Assembly: GCA_963694315.1 (NCBI GenBank)
Contig: CAVOCU010000002.1
Span: 1 to 50,083 of the forward strand
DNA from: Dehalococcoidia bacterium
GTDB taxonomy: Bacteria > Chloroflexota > Dehalococcoidia > Lucifugimonadales > UBA1127
DNA length: 50,083 nucleotides
Reading direction: 5' to 3'
In this document: one piece after another, positions 27,996 to 35,798 of the stretch
Position numbering within the stretch: position 1 is the stretch's first letter
Layout: each line of letters opens with the position of its first letter
Notes under the pieces: model-generated
Seen by the model: only the letters and a program-made list of their open reading frames with translations
Databases searched by the model: none
What the model was told of the DNA's origin: nothing
Program-made: the position numbers and the translations under genes

Positions 27996-28076
27996 TCTCC
28001 GCCAGAGGCGACACATAGGTCTGAGACTGGCCTGTGGGCCAGAGGCTTTAGTCTCCTCCACCACAGCGACAGACAG
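27941..28076 (+). repeat. Repeat array (units with cores at 27941, 27956, 27989 and 28046, plus a D module at 28024)
   Basis: Contains CTTTAGCCCTCCGGCCCGCAGCGCACATGCC, CTTTAGTCTCCGCCAGAGGCGACACAT, GAGACTGGCCTGTGGGCCAGAGG and CTTTAGTCTCCTCCACCACAGCGACAGAC. Confidence 0.85.
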
Positions 28077-28114
28077 CCTTGGGTTGGGTAACCGTCAGGC
28101 ATATGGGTGGAGGG

Positions 28115-28900
28115 CTAGCCCTCCCGATACGTCTCCATGTTGTCCTGGGGGTCAAAGCCCACAAGAGCCTGAGCGTTGCTGATATCCCAGAATCGCCACG
28201 TGTTGTTGGACACCCCGAAGAACGTAGCGAATCGTAGCGAGTCCGGTGCCACCACACATCGCTCCACCAGGTGCGCCAGGTCACGGTGACTGAAGATAGT
28301 GGCGAAGTGACGCACGTTGGCGGGTTTGCTGTCCGGCCTGACGGTGCCGAAGCGCAAGCAGATCACGGAGAGTCCGTGCCTGTCTGAGAAGTACCGTCCC
28401 GCAGCCTCGCCCATAGCCTTGGCAATGCCGTAGGGGCCACTGGGTCGAACGGGCATATCGGGTGTGATCATCGGGAACTTGCCGGGCTCCAGGCCTGTGT
28501 AGTCGCCGGCGCAGATGTTGGCGTAGGGCTGGTCAAGCTCGTAGTTCTCCGATGCACGGTTGGAGCTGGCGAAGATGATGCGCTTTACCCCCGCTCGCTT
28601 GGCAGCTTCCAGGGCGTTGTATATGGCGGGGATGTTGTTGCGATAAGCAGCGTGCCAGGGAAGGTTGCCCTGGGGACTGTTAGCAAGGTCCACTACCGTG
28701 TCTATGCCCTCGAAGGCTGGCTGTATCGCCTCCAGGTTTGTCATGTCCGCGACGGTCGACTCAAATCCGTCGGCCTTCCGGATGTCGATGCCGCTGACAT
28801 CGTGCTCGCCAACGAGTGCTTCACGGACGACTCCGCCTATTTGGCCCGCCACGCCGGTTATCAAAACGCGTTTCCCGTCTGCCATAGCTTTTCGCCTCAC
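28115..28900 (-). CDS. NAD-dependent epimerase/dehydratase family protein (extended SDR)
   Basis: Contains ITGVAGQIGG (GxxGxxG) and YGIAK (YxxxK). Confidence 0.8.
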   Translation of the reverse strand: MRRKAMADGKRVLITGVAGQIGGVVREALVGEHDVSGIDIRKADGFESTVADMTNLEAIQPAFEGIDTVVDLANSPQGNLPWHAAYRNNIPAIYNALEAAKRAGVKRIIFASSNRASENYELDQPYANICAGDYTGLEPGKFPMITPDMPVRPSGPYGIAKAMGEAAGRYFSDRHGLSVICLRFGTVRPDSKPANVRHFATIFSHRDLAHLVERCVVAPDSLRFATFFGVSNNTWRFWDISNAQALVGFDPQDNMETYREG

Positions 28901-28911
28901 ATTACAAGATT

Positions 28912-28999
28912 ACATGTGTCTGGGGCTGGCCTGATGATCAGAGGGGCTGACTTCAGTCTCCGCCGGAGGCAAGACGTCTTTAGCCCCTTCGCCGCAGCA
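28912..28999 (+). repeat. Repeat array D-B-A (diverged)
   Basis: CATGTGTCTGGGGCTGGCCTGATGATCAGAGG, then CTTCAGTCTCCGCCGGAGGCAAGAC, then CTTTAGCCCCTTCGCCGCAGCATG. Confidence 0.8.
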
Positions 29000-29105
29000 T
29001 GAGGATGATAGGGTGAGGCGACGATATGGTCAATGCTTTGTGGTGTCTCGACCTCCCTCCATGAGGGGACTACCCTATGGACTGTAAATTTTAAGGAGGT
29101 GTCCA

Positions 29106-29417
29106 GTGGCGATTATTCGTCGCAGAGTGTTCTACGCAAAGATTGGCAAGGCGGACCCCCTGGTAGCTCTGATGAAGGAAGCTGACGGACTGATGCAGAG
29201 GGCTGGCTTCTCATTCAAGAGCCGTTATCTGACCGATTGCATATCTGGTCGCAGCGATAGGGTCATCATGGAGTGGGAAATAGAGGACGTAAGTGAGATT
29301 GCTGCTCTGTACCAACCCCTTGGGAGTCCTGCGGTTCAGTCAGCTTTCAAGGACTGGCAAGGCAAAATGAACGAGATGGTTGAGTACTCAGAGGTGGAGA
29401 ACCTGGCTATTCGTTAA
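29106..29417 (+). CDS. Hypothetical protein, possibly a small alpha+beta barrel
   Basis: Clean 103-aa ORF with a GTG start and AGGAGG upstream. I recognise no family with confidence. Confidence 0.5.
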   Translation: MAIIRRRVFYAKIGKADPLVALMKEADGLMQRAGFSFKSRYLTDCISGRSDRVIMEWEIEDVSEIAALYQPLGSPAVQSAFKDWQGKMNEMVEYSEVENLAIR

Positions 29418-29418
29418 C

Positions 29419-29524
29419 CAGGCCAGAGGCTTTAGTCTCCCGGCCCACAGGCCGCATACGGCTTTAGTCTCCGCCGGAGGCAATATTGCCTTTAGTCCCC
29501 TCGCCGCAGCGACACATGTCTGGG
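29419..29524 (+). repeat. Repeat array D(truncated)-C-B-A filling the whole gap between convergent stop codons
   Basis: CCAGGCCAGAGG, then CTTTAGTCTCCCGGCCCACAGGCCGCATACGG, then CTTTAGTCTCCGCCGGAGGCAATATTGC, then CTTTAGTCCCCTCGCCGCAGCGACACATGTCTGGGG. Confidence 0.9.
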
Positions 29525-29525
29525 G

Positions 29526-30608
29526 CTACACCCTGGTGAGCAGAGCCTGACAGAAGCGCGCAGTGTCTACCAGGTCTAGGATGTCCACGTACTCTCTGTT
29601 CGTGTGCATGAGGTTCGTGGACATGCCCACCACCACTGCTGGGATGCCTCGTCGGTTGAACACGTTGGCGTCTGTGCCGCCGCCGGTGGGGCCCAGTTGT
29701 GGCTTCAAGTTGATATCGGTCAACACGTTGGTTGCCCGCTGCACCATCTCGTGGTCGTCCGGTAGGGTGTACGTGTGGAAGCTGATGTCCAGGTCTTCCA
29801 CAATCTTGGCCTCCGTGTACAGCTTTCGTGCGGCGTCCAACGCGTTGGTTATCTGAAGCCTCAGCAAATCCAGGGTCTCGGTACTGCGACTACGAAATTC
29901 TCCGGAGAAGAAAGCTTCCTCCGGCACGGTGTTCCGCACGCTCCCCCCGGTGATGGAGCCGACGTTGATGGTGGTCTCATCGTCGAGGCGACCCTGTGGA
30001 AGCCTTCCTATGATGTCTGCTGCAATCCTGATGGCTGACAGCCCCTTCTCCGGCTCCACCCCTGCATGGGCAGACCTACCGGTTATGCGGACATCAAAGC
30101 TGACGTACGTTGGGCTGGCGGTGGTGACCATGCTCACGGGGCCGTTGCCATCAAACACCACGGCATGCTTTGCCTGCACCATCGAGAAGTCGAGGTTGCG
30201 TGCGCCTACCAGGCCAATCTCTTCGCCGCGGGTGTAGATGAGCTGGAGGGGAATGCGTGACCCGCCATCTTGCTTAATAGATTCCAACGCCTCAAGGACA
30301 GCAGCTATCCCAGCCTTGCAATCGCCGCCGAGGATAGTTGTGCCGTCCGATTGTATTCGGTCACCCACCACTTGTGGCTTGATGCCTCGGCCGGGGTCAA
30401 CCGTGTCCATATGGGCGGAGAGCATCAAGGGGTTGGAGCCCTCTTCAGAGGCGAATAGGTTGCCGTGGGCGTCGCGACTGATGACAAAGCCCAGCGCGGT
30501 GAGGCGTCTGTTCAAGTCCTGGGCCATCGCCTCCTCCTCGCCAGAGGGGCTGTCTATCTGCACAATCTCGCAAAGGGTGTTTACTACTCTGTCTCTATCA
30601 ATCATCAC
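29526..30608 (-). CDS. M20-family metallopeptidase (tripeptidase/PepT-like)
   Basis: Contains SAHMDTV, GGDCKAGIAAVLEAL and GEEIGLVGA. Confidence 0.8.
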   Translation of the reverse strand: MMIDRDRVVNTLCEIVQIDSPSGEEEAMAQDLNRRLTALGFVISRDAHGNLFASEEGSNPLMLSAHMDTVDPGRGIKPQVVGDRIQSDGTTILGGDCKAGIAAVLEALESIKQDGGSRIPLQLIYTRGEEIGLVGARNLDFSMVQAKHAVVFDGNGPVSMVTTASPTYVSFDVRITGRSAHAGVEPEKGLSAIRIAADIIGRLPQGRLDDETTINVGSITGGSVRNTVPEEAFFSGEFRSRSTETLDLLRLQITNALDAARKLYTEAKIVEDLDISFHTYTLPDDHEMVQRATNVLTDINLKPQLGPTGGGTDANVFNRRGIPAVVVGMSTNLMHTNREYVDILDLVDTARFCQALLTRV

Positions 30609-30688
30609 GGCCTCCTATAGGTTCTGGTGCTAGTGGCGTCATTGTACAGCAGGTCTACAGTGGCACCATGCTGATGTGGTAGAGAACG

Positions 30689-31600
30689 TTACTGAGGCGA
30701 CAGGACAAAGAACCGACCGGCAGGTTTCGATGGGTCTGGCTGATAGACGTAGGACGATCCTAGGAGGAGCTCCTCCTCGTAGAGCACCTCTTCGTGGTCG
30801 TCGTAGTTGACGGTCACCGCATAGACATCATCGTGCTGGGGGTACAACTTCGCATACCCGTGTCTGTTGGTCCTGAATCGGCCTACCCCCAAAACGGCAA
30901 CTTTGGCACCATGGACTGGTACGCCCTGATCGTTAAGGATTCGCAACCATGTGGTCCTTCCGGGGAATAGCTGCCCGTAAACGAACCGCTTGATCCTCCC
31001 GAAGGGTCCCGGAACAAACCCCTTGCCAATGCTGACTAACACGTCCTTCTCGTACCCGATCTGTTTGGGCGTCACCCAGTCCGGTCCGTATTTGATCTCC
31101 AGGTATTCCTCAGGTGGATTGGGAACCAGGAACGTCGACCCGATGAACGGGGCTTCCTTGAGGTTGGTGAACAGGCTGGTGGGGAACCAGACCCCCGGAT
31201 AGTGGTACACCTTCCCATCAACCACCCGCATGATATACAAGTCAGTCTTCTGGTTTTCTTTGAGCAGCGCTAGATTGACATAGCTGCTGTTTTCATCCTC
31301 AACCTTTACGTAATACCCGTTGTCACGAAGCGCTTTGATTAATGGGTCAATGGATGCTTCCGTGAAGCCGTGAAGTCCGAAGACAATACCGAGATCAAGG
31401 TCATCGTCCCAGGGGATGAACGCGTGGTCACGGACAGCGCCGAGGCATGTGCCCTGCCGAAGGAAAAAGACTATGCCAAGCCCGTCGAGAATCCGTTTGA
31501 GTTCTATGAGCAGCTTCCCGGCGATGGCAACGTCCATCGCCGGAATGGTCCGATTCAGCCTGTCGAGCGTCTCTGCGTCACTGCTCTCGTTTGCGTCCAT
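30689..31600 (-). CDS. LicD-family nucleotidyl/phospho-alcohol transferase with extra C-terminal beta-rich domain
   Basis: Contains the LicD signature GTCLGAVRDHAFIPWDDDLDLGI. Confidence 0.7.
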   Translation of the reverse strand: MDANESSDAETLDRLNRTIPAMDVAIAGKLLIELKRILDGLGIVFFLRQGTCLGAVRDHAFIPWDDDLDLGIVFGLHGFTEASIDPLIKALRDNGYYVKVEDENSSYVNLALLKENQKTDLYIMRVVDGKVYHYPGVWFPTSLFTNLKEAPFIGSTFLVPNPPEEYLEIKYGPDWVTPKQIGYEKDVLVSIGKGFVPGPFGRIKRFVYGQLFPGRTTWLRILNDQGVPVHGAKVAVLGVGRFRTNRHGYAKLYPQHDDVYAVTVNYDDHEEVLYEEELLLGSSYVYQPDPSKPAGRFFVLSPQ

Positions 31601-31695
31601 ACATAGCTCCTTGGGCTCGTCGCCACCCGGGTCAACCGTATTGGCGACCTCCTAGAAGGTTCCGATTTGGCACTTGCCACAATGGGCAACTGATG

Positions 31696-32286
31696 CTAGA
31701 TGCCCAGCTTGTCAGCCAGCATCGCGCGGATCTCTTCAACGGTGGCGCGCTGCCATGCGGGATAGCGCTCCACCAGGCGAGGTCGGGACACCTTACGCAC
31801 TTCGGCCTCTTCCGTGCCAGCGGGAAGCTCCTTGCGCGCCTCTTCTATGAACTGCTCGGTCTCCTGGTAGCCGATGGCAGGCTTCTCAATCCAGTGGCAC
31901 TGGTACACGCCCGCTGCGGTGTAGAAGATGACCGTGGGGATGGAGCGGAACTCGCCACGGTTCAGGAACTCGTCGGCAATGTCCAGGTTCTCATCGCGAG
32001 GGAAGACGCGTAGCTCAATGCCCGCTGCTTTTGCAATACGCGTGAACACCGGCAACCCGCGATACACGTCTGGGCACCAGTCCTCGCCCACCACCAGCAT
32101 TTTCGCAGCGCCGCTCTGGGCCGCCTTGGTGAAGAACGCCACGTCGTCAGCGTTGAGGACATCGGTGGAGGTCTCTGTGTACTCCTGGAACTTGTCGTGG
32201 TTTACCTTAATCTGTGCAATGTAGTCGCTGTACGTGAACCCAGATGCGTACCGCTCTGGTGTTACTACGCTTGTCTGCTCTGCCAT
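31696..32286 (-). CDS. Thioredoxin-fold family protein (single-Cys WCPD motif)
   Basis: Contains VVGEDWCPDVYRGLP and IPTVIFY. I chose ATG 32286 because AGAGGAGAA lies upstream. The track's extra 88 N-terminal residues overlap the Grx-like gene in another frame. Confidence 0.65.
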   Translation of the reverse strand: MAEQTSVVTPERYASGFTYSDYIAQIKVNHDKFQEYTETSTDVLNADDVAFFTKAAQSGAAKMLVVGEDWCPDVYRGLPVFTRIAKAAGIELRVFPRDENLDIADEFLNRGEFRSIPTVIFYTAAGVYQCHWIEKPAIGYQETEQFIEEARKELPAGTEEAEVRKVSRPRLVERYPAWQRATVEEIRAMLADKLGI

Positions 32287-32380
32287 GTTGTTCTCCTCTT
32301 TGCTTTTGCCTGTGTATGGGAACCACCGTGGGTAAACCGTCAGGTCAGGTATATCCCGCAACGCGGGACTAGATGATTGC

Positions 32381-32596
32381 TCAGCCCCATTCCCCTTCAA
32401 ACCCCTCTTCAACCCTACCGCCAGGATGGATGATGAGGGGGACCGACTCGCCGTACCCGCGGGCTTCGTCCATGAATACCTGGTTTTCTTCGACTTCCCG
32501 TTCTTCGAACTCGATACCCCGCTCCCGCCACGCAACGCGTAGCTGTTCACAGGTGGGTCAGGTGCGCATCGTGTAGACGATGGTCATAGTGGGCAT
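32381..32596 (-). CDS. Glutaredoxin/NrdH-like small redox protein with in-frame TGA at the first active-site position (candidate selenoprotein, U-P-T-C)
   Basis: Hand translation: MPTMTIVYTMRT-TGA-PTCEQLRVAWRERGIEFEEREVEENQVFMDEARGYGESVPLIIHPGGRVEEGFEGEWG*. GGAGGA lies 5 nt before ATG 32596. TGA is at 32558-32560. The Grx-fold landmarks (CxxC position, cis-Pro VP, G-rich end) are all in place. Confidence 0.6.
32524..32557 (-). promoter_or_regulatory. Candidate bacterial SECIS-like structure downstream of the Grx-like TGA
   Basis: Sense sequence is CCCACCTGTGAACAGCTACGCGTTGCGTGGCGGG. The outer stem is CCC-CC/GG-GGG and the apical mini-hairpin is ACGC-GUU-GCGU, placing G/U in a loop about 22-24 nt after the UGA. 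Folded by eye only. Confidence 0.3.
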
Positions 32597-32702
32597 TGTT
32601 TCCTCCAATGTGGTGAATAGATGATAGTTCACTGGGCCCAATTGATTATGCGGAATGGTACACCCGTAGGAGAGAGCCTGTCACGAGTGCTAGGGGAGCG
32701 TT

Positions 32703-34181
32703 CTAGGGGAGGTTAAGCGCGGCTGCGTCGGCTGCGGGGAGGATGACGTCGGTGGCGTTCTCAATGATGTTCACCAGCGGTTCAGGGTAGACGCCTAACA
32801 AGATGACAATAATTACCAGGACACCAACCAGCCCGTACAGGAGGTTGGGCACCTTGATTGCGCCTTCTTCGCCGTCCGCTGCCGGACTGATGTACATCTG
32901 TCGCACAACGTTCAGGTAGTAGTAGAGGGAGATGAGGCTGGCAACCATTGCCACACCCGCCAGCCAGAGCAAGTCCTCTGCCGCCGCTGCGGAGAAGAGG
33001 TAGAACTTGGTGACAAACCCCGCCAGGAACGGTAGACCCGCCAGTGAGAACAGCGATACGGTGATGGCTGCTGCCAGGAACGGCGAGCGACCCGCCAGCC
33101 CGGCGAAATCTACGATGTCTTCTTTGCCGGTGACGTTGTAAAAGGCGGTGATGGCGAAGAACACGGCCAGATTGGTAGCTGAATACCCTACAAGGTGCAC
33201 CATCAGGCCGTTGGATGACAGGGTTGATAGTGAGGCGATGCCCATGAGCAGAAAGCCCACCTGCCCCACGCTGGAGTACGCCAGCATACGTTTCACGTTG
33301 GTCTGTGCCAGGGCTACCAGGTTGCCGAAGAGCATGGTCAAGGCCGCCAGTCCGGCAATGAGTACGTTCCATTGGTCAATGGCGGGCAGGAGCCCTTCTG
33401 CGAAGAGCCGTAGCACCAGCGCAAAGGCAGCAACTTTAGACCCCACGGCAATGTATGCCGTTATCGGCATCGGAGCGCCCTCATAGACGTCCGGGGCCCA
33501 CATGTGGAAGGGCACTGCTGCCATCTTGAAACCCAGGCCGGAGATCAGCAGCGTTAGGCCTATCAGCAGCCTGCCATCAATGTCCTCAATGCCCTCAAGC
33601 GCAACGGCCATCTCCGCGAAGCTGGTGGTACCCAGCGCGCCGTACAGCATAACGATACCGTAGAGCAGCAACCCTGAGGAGAATGCTCCAAGCAGGATGT
33701 ACTTCACCGATGCCTCGTTCGACTTGCTGTCGTGTAGGGCGAAGCCGCTGAGAATGTAGAGACAGAAGCTCAACAACTCGAGAGATAGGTAGGCGGTTAG
33801 AAGTTCACCGGAAGCTGCCATCATCATCATGGCCAGCACGGAGAGCAGGATGATTGCGTAGTACTCGCCGGGGTGCGTCAGGTAGCGACCAACGAAGTGG
33901 ATGGAGCCAAGTATCACCGCGCCGCCGATGGCCATAGATAACACCTTGAAGAAGAGAGCGTAATCGTCAACGCGATAGAGGCCGTTGAAGAGGCTATCGG
34001 TCTCGTTCATTAGGTGCGGGATGGTGAAGGCCAGAATACCCGCCAGGCCAATGACGGACACCCACGCCAGGATGTTCTTCCGCTCTGGGCGCAGGAAGAA
34101 GTCCAACGTGAAAATGACAAAGGCCAGCCCTGCTACCAGGAACTCCGGCCAAAGCAATTCAAAGCGTACTTCTGCTGGCAT
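32703..34181 (-). CDS. nuoN: NADH-quinone oxidoreductase subunit N
   Basis: 492-aa polytopic antiporter-like subunit at the last position in the nuo cluster. Confidence 0.9.
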   Translation of the reverse strand: MPAEVRFELLWPEFLVAGLAFVIFTLDFFLRPERKNILAWVSVIGLAGILAFTIPHLMNETDSLFNGLYRVDDYALFFKVLSMAIGGAVILGSIHFVGRYLTHPGEYYAIILLSVLAMMMMAASGELLTAYLSLELLSFCLYILSGFALHDSKSNEASVKYILLGAFSSGLLLYGIVMLYGALGTTSFAEMAVALEGIEDIDGRLLIGLTLLISGLGFKMAAVPFHMWAPDVYEGAPMPITAYIAVGSKVAAFALVLRLFAEGLLPAIDQWNVLIAGLAALTMLFGNLVALAQTNVKRMLAYSSVGQVGFLLMGIASLSTLSSNGLMVHLVGYSATNLAVFFAITAFYNVTGKEDIVDFAGLAGRSPFLAAAITVSLFSLAGLPFLAGFVTKFYLFSAAAAEDLLWLAGVAMVASLISLYYYLNVVRQMYISPAADGEEGAIKVPNLLYGLVGVLVIIVILLGVYPEPLVNIIENATDVILPAADAAALNLP

Positions 34182-34227
34182 CTATTTACACTCTACCTGT
34201 CATAGTTACTAGTCTAGCCTCGTATTT

Positions 34228-34255
34228 ATATATCGCTGCCGCGCGGGGACTAAAG
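34228..34255 (-). repeat. Single A-type repeat unit in the nuoM/nuoN gap
   Basis: ATATATCGCTGCCGCGCGGGGACTAAAG. Confidence 0.7.
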
Positions 34256-34289
34256 ACTCCGCGCATCCTCGCCCGTAGGGCTTGCCCTG

Positions 34290-35798
34290 TTAGCTGCCAA
34301 ACCTTTCCATGATTGGAACCACGCCACTGTCGATGATCTCGACGATACGGAAGGGATACAGCCCCCACAGGAGCAGGAAGCCCGTTAGCATGACAGCAAC
34401 GCCCGTTTCCAAGCGGTTAGCGTCCTCCAGATCCTTCCAGCGGTTGTCAATGGGGCCAAAGAATACCTTGCCCAACAATCGGAGGATGTACACCGCAGTG
34501 ATTGCCGCGCCTATCACCCCCAGGATTGCCAGGATGGGGTAAGTCCGGTACGTGCCGATGAACACCAGGAGTTCCGCCACAAAGCTGCTGAACCCTGGGA
34601 GACCCAAGGACGTCAGTCCCGCAACCGCCAGGAACACCCCTGTGATGCCCATGCGCTTGCCAAGACCCTCCAGGAGGGTGATGTCCCGGATGTGTGTTCG
34701 TTGATAGATGATGCCTACCATGGCGAAGAAGAGGGCCGTCATAATGCCGTGGGAGAACATCTGAAGCACTGCGCCGTCCACTGCCAGGACATCAAGGGTG
34801 CCTAGGCCCATGAGGACGTACCCCATGTGGCTGACGCTTGAGTAACCAATGACGTACTTCAAGTCCTTTTGACCAAGCGCAGAGATAGCACCATAGAGGA
34901 CGTTCACCGTGCCCAACCCAATGAGGGTGGGAGCCCAGAACTGCGCCCCTTGCGGCAGAATGACCATGCCCACTGCCAGGATGCCGAAAGCCCCTAGCTT
35001 CATGAGCACGCCTGCGTGAAGCATGCTGACGGCGGTTGGCGCGGCTACGTGACCGTCTGGCGACCACGTATGGAAGGGCCATAGACCCGCCAGGATGCCA
35101 AAGCCAACCATCAGGAACGGGTAGTAGAACTTCTGGAAGCCCTCTGAGAACTTCACCTGCGCCAACCCTGCGATGCTGAAATCGGCGATGCCGGTAATCT
35201 CACTGGCCTCCATCCACATTGCCAGGATGGCAATCCAGACAAGGACGCTGCCAGCCACCAGCACCAGCATGACCTTCATTGCGCCGTACTCTTTGGTACG
35301 GAGGAAAGTGCCGAAGTCTGTGCTGCTGCCCCACACGCCAACCAGCAGGTACATGGGTACCACGGCCAGCTCGTAGAAGAAGAACAGGAAGAAGAGGTCT
35401 TGGGCGGCGAACACGCCATAGACTCCAGCCACCAGCAGCATCAACCAGATAAAGAAGTCCTTGGGTCTATGGGTCACGTTCCAGGAAATCAGCACACCAC
35501 CAAAGAAAATAATCGCGTTAAGCAGCATCAGCGGTACCGTGATGCCTGAGAGGCCCAGGGTGAACCGGATGCCAAGGGATGGCAACCAGTCGAAATCTAC
35601 TGTGTATTTAGTAAGGTCGCCGTTGGTGTCAAAGGTGATGAACAAGTATGCGGCGATGGCCAGCCCGACGGCTGCGATGATCCTGGTATACCAGTGAATC
35701 ATGATATGCCTGTCCGCAGGGAAGAACGCCAGGCCAATGGCGCCAAAGAAGGGAATCGCCACAAGCGCGAAGATGAGGACGCTGTCTATCCCGTTCAT
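34290..35798 (-). CDS. nuoM: NADH-quinone oxidoreductase subunit M
   Basis: Antiporter-like subunit. ATG 35798 forms an ATGA overlap with the nuoL stop. The track ORF starts at TTG 35810. Confidence 0.9.
   Translation of the reverse strand: MNGIDSVLIFALVAIPFFGAIGLAFFPADRHIMIHWYTRIIAAVGLAIAAYLFITFDTNGDLTKYTVDFDWLPSLGIRFTLGLSGITVPLMLLNAIIFFGGVLISWNVTHRPKDFFIWLMLLVAGVYGVFAAQDLFFLFFFYELAVVPMYLLVGVWGSSTDFGTFLRTKEYGAMKVMLVLVAGSVLVWIAILAMWMEASEITGIADFSIAGLAQVKFSEGFQKFYYPFLMVGFGILAGLWPFHTWSPDGHVAAPTAVSMLHAGVLMKLGAFGILAVGMVILPQGAQFWAPTLIGLGTVNVLYGAISALGQKDLKYVIGYSSVSHMGYVLMGLGTLDVLAVDGAVLQMFSHGIMTALFFAMVGIIYQRTHIRDITLLEGLGKRMGITGVFLAVAGLTSLGLPGFSSFVAELLVFIGTYRTYPILAILGVIGAAITAVYILRLLGKVFFGPIDNRWKDLEDANRLETGVAVMLTGFLLLWGLYPFRIVEIIDSGVVPIMERFGS

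Noticed and set aside
27235-28117. Identical palindromes AGGGCTAGCCCT at 27235-27246 and 28106-28117, flanking the LLM remnant, as possible island or recombination boundaries.
   Set aside because: Two 12-bp GC-rich palindromes can co-occur by chance. The second overlaps the epimerase stop codon. No direct repeats or integrase support an island.
32287-32550. The 88-residue N-terminal extension of track ORF 31696..32550.
   Set aside because: It is low-complexity and lacks an RBS. It overlaps the far more convincing Grx-like reading frame in another frame. A strong RBS precedes the internal ATG at 32286.
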